Below are positions 1-8,756 of a stretch of 18,614 bases of DNA, one piece after another; position 1 is the first letter of the stretch, and each line of letters starts with the position of its first letter. The translations under genes and the position numbers were made by a program. Location of the stretch: the NCBI GenBank assembly GCA_964632315.1, contig CAZWEM010000064.1:1-18614 (forward strand). The letters run 5' to 3'. The stretch is from an uncultured archaeon (GTDB lineage Archaea > Asgardarchaeota > Lokiarchaeia > Sigyniarchaeales > SOKP01). The notes under the pieces were generated by a model. It saw only the letters and a program-made list of their open reading frames with translations. It did not search any database and had not been told where the DNA came from.

Positions 1-345
1 GTAATTAAGATTCAAGATGCAAGTGAAGCTTACGCTGCTTGTGGAGGGTGTATATTTGGTTTCTGGTTCATACACAAGCTTCAACCTTGGATTGATGGAC
101 TTAATGGGATCACTGGAAGATCTTACAATGTAGAAAGTTTCATGAGAGCGGGTAAAGAAATAGTTGAAATGAAGAGAATTTTTAACGTCAATTGTGGGAT
201 AACAAAAAAAGATGATAATTTCGGTACTAGGTTCTCAATTCCTCTGGAAAAAGGTGGGTCAAAAAAAAATGTCCCCCCCTTAGAGCTATTATTAGAGAAA
301 TACTATGAAATAAGAAATTGGGATGCTCAAGGTAAACTAAGTTAA
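1..345 (+). CDS. aor: Aldehyde:ferredoxin oxidoreductase family protein, C-terminal part (5'-truncated by the window edge)
   Basis: Frame 1 is open from base 1: VIKIQDASEAYAACGGCIFGFWF...LNGITGRSY...RAGKEIVEMKRIFNVNCGITKKDD...EKYYEIRNWDAQGK. This matches the AOR C-terminal pattern (QD...C.F, TG, R.FN...G....DD, YY..R.WD..G). The track ORF 142..345 is only its tail. Confidence 0.85.
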   Translation, partial: VIKIQDASEAYAACGGCIFGFWFIHKLQPWIDGLNGITGRSYNVESFMRAGKEIVEMKRIFNVNCGITKKDDNFGTRFSIPLEKGGSKKNVPPLELLLEKYYEIRNWDAQGKLS

Positions 346-1247
346 AAATCTTTGAATTTAAAATCTGAAAAAATCTTTTTTATTTCTTCCTTTTTTTCTT
401 TAGATAACCATTCAGAATGAATATATGATGGAGTTAATCCAATCTTTTTTGGTTTAGTTAACCAGAGGGGATTATAAGGTAGTAATCCGATCTTTTTAAT
501 ATTGAGGGAATTCAAATAACTTGCGAGCGCTCTTAAGTTATCTCTTGTATCAGTTATTGATGGAATTAAGGGTATTCTCGGAAGAACATGAATTGTACCA
601 TTGTTAATGAGAGATTCAAAATTCTTTAAAATCCTTTCATTAGATATACTACAATACATTTTATGATTTTCAAGATTGAAAAGCTTTAAATCAAAATATA
701 TGAGATCAGCATAAGGTAATATTAATTTTTCAAATTTTTTTCGATTATAAAATCCACTTGTTTCAATGCAACTATGTATTCTTTCCTTCCTTAATTCCTT
801 CAATAGGTCGTGAACATAGTTAATGTGATAAAGAGGCTCTCCTCCTGAAAGCGTAACCCCACCACCAGAATTATCATAAAATATCTTATCTTGTAGGATT
901 ATTTGCATGAGATCAGCTATGGAATATTGCTTTCCTACAAACTTTAGTGCATTATTTGGGCAAACATCTACACACATACCACATAAATTACACTTGGTAC
1001 GGTCTATCCGAAATTCATAGGTAAACCTTATAGAATTCTGATCACATGAGGAAATACACTTTCCACATTCAGAACAGACATCTTCATCAAAAGAAATCTC
1101 TAATGATGGTGATTTTGTCTCAGGATTTTGACACCATACACAAGAGAGAGGACAACCTTTAAAGAAAACTAAAGTTCTAATCCCTGGACCATCGTCAAGT
1201 GCATTACGTTTTATGTCCACTATGAGTGTTTTAGTCCTTGACATCAT
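342..1247 (-). CDS. Glycyl-radical enzyme activating enzyme (radical SAM) with a 2x[4Fe-4S] ferredoxin insert
   Basis: DGPGIRTLVFFKGCPLSCVWCQNPE (CxxxCxxC), ferredoxin motifs CSECGKCISSC and CNLCGMCVDVCP, GGVTLSGGEP, IETSG and LLPY. It lies directly downstream of the GRE. Its stop codon overlaps the AOR stop by 4 nt. Confidence 0.96.
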   Translation of the reverse strand: MMSRTKTLIVDIKRNALDDGPGIRTLVFFKGCPLSCVWCQNPETKSPSLEISFDEDVCSECGKCISSCDQNSIRFTYEFRIDRTKCNLCGMCVDVCPNNALKFVGKQYSIADLMQIILQDKIFYDNSGGGVTLSGGEPLYHINYVHDLLKELRKERIHSCIETSGFYNRKKFEKLILPYADLIYFDLKLFNLENHKMYCSISNERILKNFESLINNGTIHVLPRIPLIPSITDTRDNLRALASYLNSLNIKKIGLLPYNPLWLTKPKKIGLTPSYIHSEWLSKEKKEEIKKIFSDFKFKDF

Positions 1248-1283
1248 ATTAAAAATTAAAAAATAAAAAGATTGATTTTTGAA

Positions 1284-4247
1284 TCATCTTGCTTTATATT
1301 CATGCCGTTCGATAATCTCTAATTGCATGTTTTTATTGAGTTTGGTGAAGTAAGCATTGTATCCCGAGACTCTTACTAATAGCCACCTGTAATCAATAGG
1401 ATTCGCCATCGCATCTCTCAATGTATCAGAGGATATGACGTTAAATTGCCACTGCATTCCATTCAAGTCAAAAAAGCTTTGAACATAGCTCGTGAAAAGA
1501 TCGAGTGTTTCCCCATGACTATCTCCTGGATGAGGTACTAATTTCACATTAAAAGAGGCATTATTAGCCATTTTAAGGTAATCTAATGCTGCTACACTTT
1601 TAATACTTGGAAGTAGTATATCAGTAGTACCTGGTGCAGGTGTTAAACCAGGAGTTAAAGCTTTTCCTTTTTTGCGCCCCGATGGTAAAGCGCCCGTTAA
1701 CATACCAAAACCTGTATGGTAACTTATTGACCAGTAACCAACTAAATACTTTCCACTTCTATAATTTTCAGCTGAATTGTAAATATTATAACAAAAATCA
1801 ATTATATCTTGAGCCAATTCAACGGTACCATCTTCACCAGAGCCAAATTTGGGCACTTGCTCGATCTTATGTAGAATTGACTCGTATCCTTCAAAATCGT
1901 TATCAATGGCATCCTTTAAGGTGGAAAAATTAAACTCTTTTTTATCATAGATAAGATCTTTAATAACTAATAAACTATCAACTACATCGGTTAACGCAAC
2001 CAGAGCAACTCCGGAAGTATTGTAGATTGCTCCACCTTGAACGAGATCCTTAGCTTTTTCTAAGGGTCCTTCATAAAAACTGGATAAAAGAGGTGTTGGA
2101 TGAATATATTTATGTGATTCTCCTAGAAAATTATTGATTTCAATTGATTGTTCCGCTAAATATTTTAATTGTGCTTTATAAGCATTGAGAAAATCTTCGA
2201 AATTTACAAAATTTATTCTTACATCCCCAGTTTCAATACCTGTCTTTTCTCCAGTCAACGGTATTATTCCGTTATTTAATGCCATTTCTAAAGGAGCGAC
2301 CATATTTAAAAGCATGCAATTGGTATGACCGTAATGTTTTCCGACAATAGTAGGCTCGACGCATCCAGTTGCAGCCCAATTTCTAGCATCCTCTAATAAA
2401 AATCCTTCATGAACTAATGCTTCGATCATTGTTTGATCATTATGAATGCTCGGGGATGCTCCCATGTTCATATTCACTTCAGTTAAACGACGTAAATATT
2501 CTTTTGAATTTATCCCTGAATAATATCGAGCATTCATATTAGGGTCTTGAAATCCTAGCATTTCATTCGTTTTTAAGATGATATATGACATGTCATTCAC
2601 AGCGTTCTTTCCTTCCCTGTCAATTCCTCCTACTGTGACCGTGTCATCCGAAGAACTACCGCCAAATAATTTCCAACCTACATTAGGCATTAAGGGATCA
2701 TGATCATTGATTCTAACAAAGAGTGACCCTACTAGTTCAATTGCTTTTTTTATGACTTCTTCTTTTTCTTCCTCGTTTTTTGCTTGCTTAATCTCTTTCA
2801 AAAAGAATGGTTGGAGCATCTGATCTAATCTACCAATTGATAGTGCTGAGTTTGCATTCTCGCAATGTAAGCAAACAAAACTCGTCCAAATAGACTGAAT
2901 TGCTTCATAAAGTGTCTCTGCAGGTTTGGCGGGTACCTTTGCGCATATTCGGGAGATTTCTTCCAATTCCTCAATTCTTTTTGCTTGTTTTGGATCATTG
3001 GGATCTAAAGTCTTAACAATTTTCAAGGCTTCTTCGTTTAAATTATTCGAATATGTTAAGACACCATCTAAAGCGATTTGAATTGCTTTATAGAAATTTT
3101 TTTCCTCCATAGATTTGGCATTTTCTTCTAATTTTTCTGCCTTATTTTTCATACTATCTATTCCTTCATTTAGGATCGTGGGGAATCCAGGAACAGTATG
3201 CGAGATAGCGTTCGTCTTCATCATAAAATAGAAAACCCAGCCTTCCTCAAGTTTTTGGGATTTAGGATAGTTAAATTTGGTCCTACAATATTCTCTAACA
3301 CTACGTTCCATCCAATACGGAAACACTTCTAAACTCAAGATATCGGCATCTTTATCAGAAATATCGTTAGGATTGAGCTCTCTCTCGCCTATTGTTTTAA
3401 GCTCTGGCCAAATAGCTGTAGCGATTAATTCGGGGTACATAGGTATTCCAACTTCTTTTGAGGTCGTAGAACCAGCAATGAGATGATTATCATGAATAAT
3501 TGGTTTTTTATGAGTCATTATATAATTTACTGCTCCCGCTTGACGTAGTTCGGGATCAAAAGGGTTTCCATCCTTATCTACCTCGAATCCATTCTCTTTA
3601 TGAAACTCTGTCACTAACTTTGCCCGTTCTACGCATATTGCTGGCTTTAAAGCAAATCGCCTGTTTTTCAAATATTTTAAACGAGGAAAATCATCGAGTG
3701 TATATTTTGCTAAATACGGATCATCAAGACCTTCAACATTATCAACCTTTCTATTCAGGCTTTCATTCTGTAGTTTTCTACTCTTCTCTCCACTGTCAAT
3801 ATCTTCGATAGGGTATATTAACCGATTTTCAGGTCCCTTATAATCCTTAATCTTTGCTCCCATAACGAGGGATGTGAGATACGAAAACTTGGTGAGATAT
3901 GACATATTGCCTGTATAGCCCATCTCATTAGTTAAAAGATAATCAAGTGATTCTTCGGCACTCTTGTTATAAAGATTCGCTAAAGTTTCCTTATCTTTAT
4001 AATAGATCGTGATATTTGGGTCTTCAATTTTTCCATCAGCTACGGTCATTTTCCCATCTTTGAAGATTACATTTACATTGACCGCATCATCCTTCGTAGT
4101 AAATTGATATTTCGCATTAAAAGTGAACCCGGTTTTTTCATTGTGAATTTCTCGTCTCATTTTTCTTCGAGTATCAAATATCATTGCCAGTAGGTTTAGT
4201 TGTTCCTTGAAGTTTTCAATCTCTTTATCAACATCTAAAGCTTGCAT
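1284..4247 (-). CDS. Glycyl radical enzyme (non-PFL, eliminase-like GCVE type) with an N-terminal SCP2-like lipid-binding domain
   Basis: Gly-radical loop LLVRVSGYNAYF (RVSGY at 1359-1373), Cys loop WAATGCVEP (GCVE at 2355-2366), SIGRLDQ, PKFG, GALPSGR and QFNV. Start placed at ATG 4247 (MQALDVD..., 987 aa) because the track's GTG at 4286 lies inside the promoter inverted repeat. Confidence 0.93.
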   Translation of the reverse strand: MQALDVDKEIENFKEQLNLLAMIFDTRRKMRREIHNEKTGFTFNAKYQFTTKDDAVNVNVIFKDGKMTVADGKIEDPNITIYYKDKETLANLYNKSAEESLDYLLTNEMGYTGNMSYLTKFSYLTSLVMGAKIKDYKGPENRLIYPIEDIDSGEKSRKLQNESLNRKVDNVEGLDDPYLAKYTLDDFPRLKYLKNRRFALKPAICVERAKLVTEFHKENGFEVDKDGNPFDPELRQAGAVNYIMTHKKPIIHDNHLIAGSTTSKEVGIPMYPELIATAIWPELKTIGERELNPNDISDKDADILSLEVFPYWMERSVREYCRTKFNYPKSQKLEEGWVFYFMMKTNAISHTVPGFPTILNEGIDSMKNKAEKLEENAKSMEEKNFYKAIQIALDGVLTYSNNLNEEALKIVKTLDPNDPKQAKRIEELEEISRICAKVPAKPAETLYEAIQSIWTSFVCLHCENANSALSIGRLDQMLQPFFLKEIKQAKNEEEKEEVIKKAIELVGSLFVRINDHDPLMPNVGWKLFGGSSSDDTVTVGGIDREGKNAVNDMSYIILKTNEMLGFQDPNMNARYYSGINSKEYLRRLTEVNMNMGASPSIHNDQTMIEALVHEGFLLEDARNWAATGCVEPTIVGKHYGHTNCMLLNMVAPLEMALNNGIIPLTGEKTGIETGDVRINFVNFEDFLNAYKAQLKYLAEQSIEINNFLGESHKYIHPTPLLSSFYEGPLEKAKDLVQGGAIYNTSGVALVALTDVVDSLLVIKDLIYDKKEFNFSTLKDAIDNDFEGYESILHKIEQVPKFGSGEDGTVELAQDIIDFCYNIYNSAENYRSGKYLVGYWSISYHTGFGMLTGALPSGRKKGKALTPGLTPAPGTTDILLPSIKSVAALDYLKMANNASFNVKLVPHPGDSHGETLDLFTSYVQSFFDLNGMQWQFNVISSDTLRDAMANPIDYRWLLVRVSGYNAYFTKLNKNMQLEIIERHEYKAR

Positions 4248-4275
4248 AATTATTAACTCGCTAAATTTAACTAAG

Positions 4276-4302
4276 TAATATATCACATCTTATGATATAT
4301 TA
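4276..4302. promoter_or_regulatory. Perfect inverted repeat TAATATATCA-N7-TGATATATTA; probable operator in the divergent GRE / CrtI-like promoter
   Basis: Arms 4276-4285 and 4293-4302 are exact reverse complements. The right arm overlaps a BRE/TATA-like GAAAGGTTAATATA on the minus strand (about 4296-4309). Confidence 0.6.
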
Positions 4303-4400
4303 ACCTTTCAATTATCCAAATTAGGCATAAAACCATTGTAATTATAGGTAATATTAAATTTAACTTCAACATTGAAATAAATATATTATAATTAGGTAGT

Positions 4401-5975
4401 ATGATCATGAGCGAAAATGAACTAGATACGATTGATGATTCGTATGACGTAGTCATCATCGGTGCGGGAAATGGTGGACTTGCGGCAACTGCTTTTCTTG
4501 CTCAAAAAGGCTTGAAGGTATTAATGTTAGAACAACATAACTTACCAGGTGGTGTTGCAACGAGTTTTGTGAGGGGGCGATTTGAATTCGAAACTTCCTT
4601 ACATGAACTCGCAAGTTATGGTCCTGAGTCCAATAAGGGTAGCATTAGACGAATGTTTGAGGATATGTTCCAATTAGACACTGAATTTGTTCAAGTTCCT
4701 GAAGCATATCGTTTAATTGTAACTCATCCTGAAGAGAAAATGGATGTTTCTATTCCATTTGGAGTTGAAAACATGATTGATGCTATTGAAAAAGAAGTAC
4801 CAGGTAGTAGGGAGTCTGTTAGAAACTTTTTTAGGTTAGCAAAGGAGATAGGGGAAGCTTTTTCTTATATAGGATCAACTGGGGGAAATCCAGATCAAAC
4901 CTTATTGCTTAAAGAACACGCGAATTTTCTTAAGACTGCAGCCTATTCAGCACAAGAAGTTGAGGATGCGTTGGGCATCCCTAAAAGAGCCCAAGATATT
5001 TTAAATGGATATTGGGCATATTTAGGCCTACCCATAAGCAGAATTAATTTTACAATTTATGCTGCGATGGTTGATAATTATGCAGATTTAGGAGGTTGGA
5101 TACCAACAAATAGATCTCATGGATATACAACAGCATTTGATGAAAAGATTAGGGAGTTTGGTGGAAGAATAGAATATAACACAAGAGTAGATAAGATTCT
5201 TGTCGAGAATGGTAAAATAGTAGGAGTGGAAACCGTTAATGGAGACAAAATTAAGACCAGTTATGTAATATGTAACGCATCTCCAACATTAACATATAAT
5301 AAACTAATTTCTCCCAAATCAGAAGTTCCGGAAATAGCCTATAAAGATGTAAATGCACGCATTCATGGATTGACGGGGTTTGTTATTTATGTTGGATTAG
5401 ATGCTTCAGCTGAAGAGTTAGGATTAAATGAATATGGTTATTTTATCATGGATAGCATGAATACGGAAGAAGTATATGATTCGTGGACATCTCTTCAACC
5501 ACCTGAAGGTCTTGCTTGCGTGGTTCTTAACAATGCACTCCCCGATTGTTCCCCTCCTGGGACGTGTATCTTAGATATAACTACGCTTTTTAGACCAGAA
5601 GCTTGGGAGAATGTAAAACCAGAAGATTATTATAATATTAAGAATGAAATCGCCGAAAAACTTTTAATTAAGTTCGAGAAAGCTACGGGGGCACCTATAA
5701 GAGAGCACATTGAAGAAATAGAAATTGCGACCCCAGTTACTTTCGCACGCTATACAAGGCATTATAAAGGAATTTTTTATGGATACGAGCCAGAATCATG
5801 GGATTCTATTGTCCCTAGATTAATGAGCATGGGAAAGGATGTATACATTGAAGGTTTAGAATTTGCAGGAGGATTTAACAGGCGTCTACATGGATATAGC
5901 AGTTCCATGGGAGATGGACTAATTTCGGCTCAATTAACTTATGCTAAAATAATGAAGGAGCGTGAGAAAGCATGA
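4401..5975 (+). CDS. Phytoene desaturase (CrtI) / all-trans-retinol saturase family FAD-dependent oxidoreductase
   Basis: Rossmann motif DVVIIGAGNGG, LEQHNLPGG, FVRGRFEF, C-terminal IEIATPVTFARY and EGLEFAGG; 524 aa. The start could also be ATG 4407. Confidence 0.88.
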   Translation: MIMSENELDTIDDSYDVVIIGAGNGGLAATAFLAQKGLKVLMLEQHNLPGGVATSFVRGRFEFETSLHELASYGPESNKGSIRRMFEDMFQLDTEFVQVPEAYRLIVTHPEEKMDVSIPFGVENMIDAIEKEVPGSRESVRNFFRLAKEIGEAFSYIGSTGGNPDQTLLLKEHANFLKTAAYSAQEVEDALGIPKRAQDILNGYWAYLGLPISRINFTIYAAMVDNYADLGGWIPTNRSHGYTTAFDEKIREFGGRIEYNTRVDKILVENGKIVGVETVNGDKIKTSYVICNASPTLTYNKLISPKSEVPEIAYKDVNARIHGLTGFVIYVGLDASAEELGLNEYGYFIMDSMNTEEVYDSWTSLQPPEGLACVVLNNALPDCSPPGTCILDITTLFRPEAWENVKPEDYYNIKNEIAEKLLIKFEKATGAPIREHIEEIEIATPVTFARYTRHYKGIFYGYEPESWDSIVPRLMSMGKDVYIEGLEFAGGFNRRLHGYSSSMGDGLISAQLTYAKIMKEREKA

Positions 5976-7204
5976 ATAAAGAAAATGAAGAAAAATTAGA
6001 AGTGACTGTAAAAAGCAACACGAAAGATTTATTTGCTTTTACCAAATTAGTAGCTGAAAGACAAAAAAGAATTGAGCGAGCATCTAGTGAACCAATTACA
6101 AAAGATCCAATTAATGATTTAGCCAGAAAAATACATCCAGATGTTCAATACTTAGTGATTGACGAAATCAAGGTTGAAACGAAATCTACAAAAACTTTTA
6201 AGCTCGTCCCTGATCCTGATTCAAGTACTAAAGAATTAGCAATTTTTAGATCGGGACAATATTTATCTCTAAAGGTAAAGGTAAATGATGTCACCATAAC
6301 TCGCCCATATTCTATCGCTTCATCGCCTAAAGATGCACTAAACGGATTTTATGAATTAACGATTAAAAAAGAGGAGCATGGCTTTTTAACCAGTTATATT
6401 TGGGATAATTGGAAGGTTGGTGCCAAAATTGAAAGTTCTGGTCCCGAAGGTTTTTTTTATTATGACCCTCTAAGAGATTTTAAACATATTGTTGGCATTG
6501 CTGGAGGATCGGGGATAACTCCTTTTAAATCGATTGCGCTGTCAATTATTGAAGGAAATATTGATGCAAGGTTAACCGTTTTATATGGAAGCAGTGATGA
6601 AGATGATATTATTTATTACGATGAATTTCAAGCTTTAGAGAAAGATTATCCTGATAAATTTAAATTTATTCACGTTTTAAGTTGCGAGGTCGTGTCTCTT
6701 GAAGGTTGTGAAACAGGGTTCATAACAAGTGATTTGATTGAAAAATATTGTGATGTTAAAACCAGTTCTTTCTTTATATGCGGACCGCAAATCATGTATA
6801 ATTTTTTGGATAATGAGATGGCCAAATTTGAATTACCCCCTAAAAAGATTCGAAAGGAAGCATTCGGTGAAGTTAAAGATGTCCTTTCTATCCCTGGTTA
6901 TCCTCAAGAATTAGCCGAAAAGACTTTTAAGATAACCGTGCACGTTGGTAATTACAGTAAAGTTATCCCTGCAATCGCCACAGAATCAATTTTAGTAGCA
7001 TTAGAACGAGCCAATTTTGCACCTCCAGCAAAATGTCGTTCAGGAGAATGTGGTTTTTGTCGATCTAAGTTAATTTCTGGAGAAGTGTTCATAAGTCCAA
7101 TTTCAGATTGGAGGCGCAAAGCTGATAAGAAATTCAATTACTTCCATCCGTGTTCGTCATATCCAACTTCAGATATTGAAATTGTGATCCCACGGACACT
7201 ATAA
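5972..7204 (+). CDS. FAD/NAD(P)-binding ferredoxin reductase with a C-terminal plant-type [2Fe-2S] domain (PaaE/KshB/PDR-like architecture)
   Basis: FRSGQY, RPYS, GPEGFF, AGGSGITP, CGP, EAFG and CRSGECGFC...C. ATGA overlap with the upstream gene indicates translational coupling. Confidence 0.92.
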   Translation: MNKENEEKLEVTVKSNTKDLFAFTKLVAERQKRIERASSEPITKDPINDLARKIHPDVQYLVIDEIKVETKSTKTFKLVPDPDSSTKELAIFRSGQYLSLKVKVNDVTITRPYSIASSPKDALNGFYELTIKKEEHGFLTSYIWDNWKVGAKIESSGPEGFFYYDPLRDFKHIVGIAGGSGITPFKSIALSIIEGNIDARLTVLYGSSDEDDIIYYDEFQALEKDYPDKFKFIHVLSCEVVSLEGCETGFITSDLIEKYCDVKTSSFFICGPQIMYNFLDNEMAKFELPPKKIRKEAFGEVKDVLSIPGYPQELAEKTFKITVHVGNYSKVIPAIATESILVALERANFAPPAKCRSGECGFCRSKLISGEVFISPISDWRRKADKKFNYFHPCSSYPTSDIEIVIPRTL

Positions 7205-7275
7205 TTTTTTTTCCTTATTCTGAAAATTTAATTACCATCTCATCTTTAACTCTTTTAACGCATTTTAGTTTAGAC

Positions 7276-8727
7276 TTGGTAATATCAAAATTGGATATTC
7301 GAATCAAATATGGAATTTCTGCATTCATTGTAATTCTGTTTCAATCCGCAATAAAACTACTCGGAGTTATTCTAACTGGAAGTTTAAGTTTTTTATCAGA
7401 AACGGTCGATACTCTCACTGATATCTTCTTTGTATTAATTACATTGTATTCTTTGTATGTCAGCATAAAACCAGCAGATTACGAGCACATGTATGGACAT
7501 GCTAAAATTGATGATGTTGCTGCGATAGTTCAAGGAATTATATTGGTTAATATCTATGTATTTCTAATAATTAATGCTATTCAAACATTATTAAGAGGGG
7601 TAGAAGTCATAGAAAATGCTAGGTTAGGATTTGAACTACTCATTATTTCATTTTCCGTTAATATAGTTTTTTCTAGATTATTAATTTGGCAGGGAAAGAA
7701 GAAGAATAGTCTTACTCTTCAATTACAAGGATTAAACTTGTTTCAAGATTCACTTAGAGCGATCTTAGTAATTTTCAATTTCATTATTGTGATTTTTTTT
7801 AATTTCACTCTTTTAGATCCTATTTTTAGCATAATATTATCAGTTTGGATAATAATAAGCGCCATAAAAATCGCAATTGAGGGAATCAAAGAAGTGATTG
7901 ATGTAAATCCAATTGATGCAATGATTTTGGAAAATTTGAAACTGCAAATCTTTAATTTGGAACATGTGAACGGGGTAAAAGATCTTAAAGTAAGAGCATC
8001 AGGTCGAAACTTATTTCTAGAAGTTCACTTATCAGTAGAAGATCATATCTCAATAGTGCATGCGGATGAAATAATAAAATCAATACGAACAATGAGTGAA
8101 ACTTATTTCCCGAATTTTATAGTTGAAACCATAATTGAAATGAATCCTTTAAGTGGAGAAGCCTCGTTAAGTGGAGAAATAATTAATTTATTACATTCAA
8201 TTATGAGTGAATTTGAAGAAATTGTTGAATTTAAGGATGTAAATGTTTTTAGCATTGAGGATAGATATTTTTTGAGTTTAATTATTATTGTAGATAATGA
8301 TCTCACACTTGATCAAGCTCATAATGCCTCATCCAAATTAGAGGCTTTACTAAAAAAGCAGGTTCCACTTATTTCACGGGTTATAACTCATATAGATTCT
8401 GAAGTAAAAGTAAAAGAACCAGAGCAAATTGTATGCGAAGCAATTAGCAATGAAGATATGACTGAAATAAGAGAAATCATTGGAGATATATTAAAGAAAG
8501 ACCCTCATGCAAAAGGTTATCATGGATTAGAGTGCTGGAATGCTTTAAATAGATGCATATTAGAGCTACACGTTTTTTTTGATGGTTCTCTGAATATCAC
8601 TGACGTACATAATTACGTGAGTTTACTTGAAGAGGAAATAAGAGAACACGTGAAATTATTTAATTTAAATGACATCATCTTACATTCTGAGCCCGAAAAA
8701 GATCGCACGAATGGAGTGATCTTTTAA
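7276..8727 (+). CDS. Cation diffusion facilitator (FieF/YiiP-like) with three tandem C-terminal cytosolic domains
   Basis: Hydrophobic N-terminal domain with DTLTD, KPADYEHMYGHAK and NLFQD, then three repeats of the CDF dimerisation domain ending IEMNP, THID and LHSEP. TTG start. Confidence 0.9.
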   Translation: MVISKLDIRIKYGISAFIVILFQSAIKLLGVILTGSLSFLSETVDTLTDIFFVLITLYSLYVSIKPADYEHMYGHAKIDDVAAIVQGIILVNIYVFLIINAIQTLLRGVEVIENARLGFELLIISFSVNIVFSRLLIWQGKKKNSLTLQLQGLNLFQDSLRAILVIFNFIIVIFFNFTLLDPIFSIILSVWIIISAIKIAIEGIKEVIDVNPIDAMILENLKLQIFNLEHVNGVKDLKVRASGRNLFLEVHLSVEDHISIVHADEIIKSIRTMSETYFPNFIVETIIEMNPLSGEASLSGEIINLLHSIMSEFEEIVEFKDVNVFSIEDRYFLSLIIIVDNDLTLDQAHNASSKLEALLKKQVPLISRVITHIDSEVKVKEPEQIVCEAISNEDMTEIREIIGDILKKDPHAKGYHGLECWNALNRCILELHVFFDGSLNITDVHNYVSLLEEEIREHVKLFNLNDIILHSEPEKDRTNGVIF

Positions 8728-8756
8728 TATATAAAAAAGATTTGATAAAGATAAGG

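Noticed and set aside
1634-3811. Plus-strand ORFs 1634..1933, 3277..3486 and 3500..3811
   Set aside because: Antisense shadows inside the GRE gene with no recognisable motifs.
1284-4247. Annotation as pyruvate formate-lyase or a fumarate-adding (benzyl/alkylsuccinate synthase) enzyme
   Set aside because: It has a single Cys in GCVE, with no Cys-Cys pair as in PFL and no CMxP-type loop, and there are no small Fe-S subunit genes beside it.
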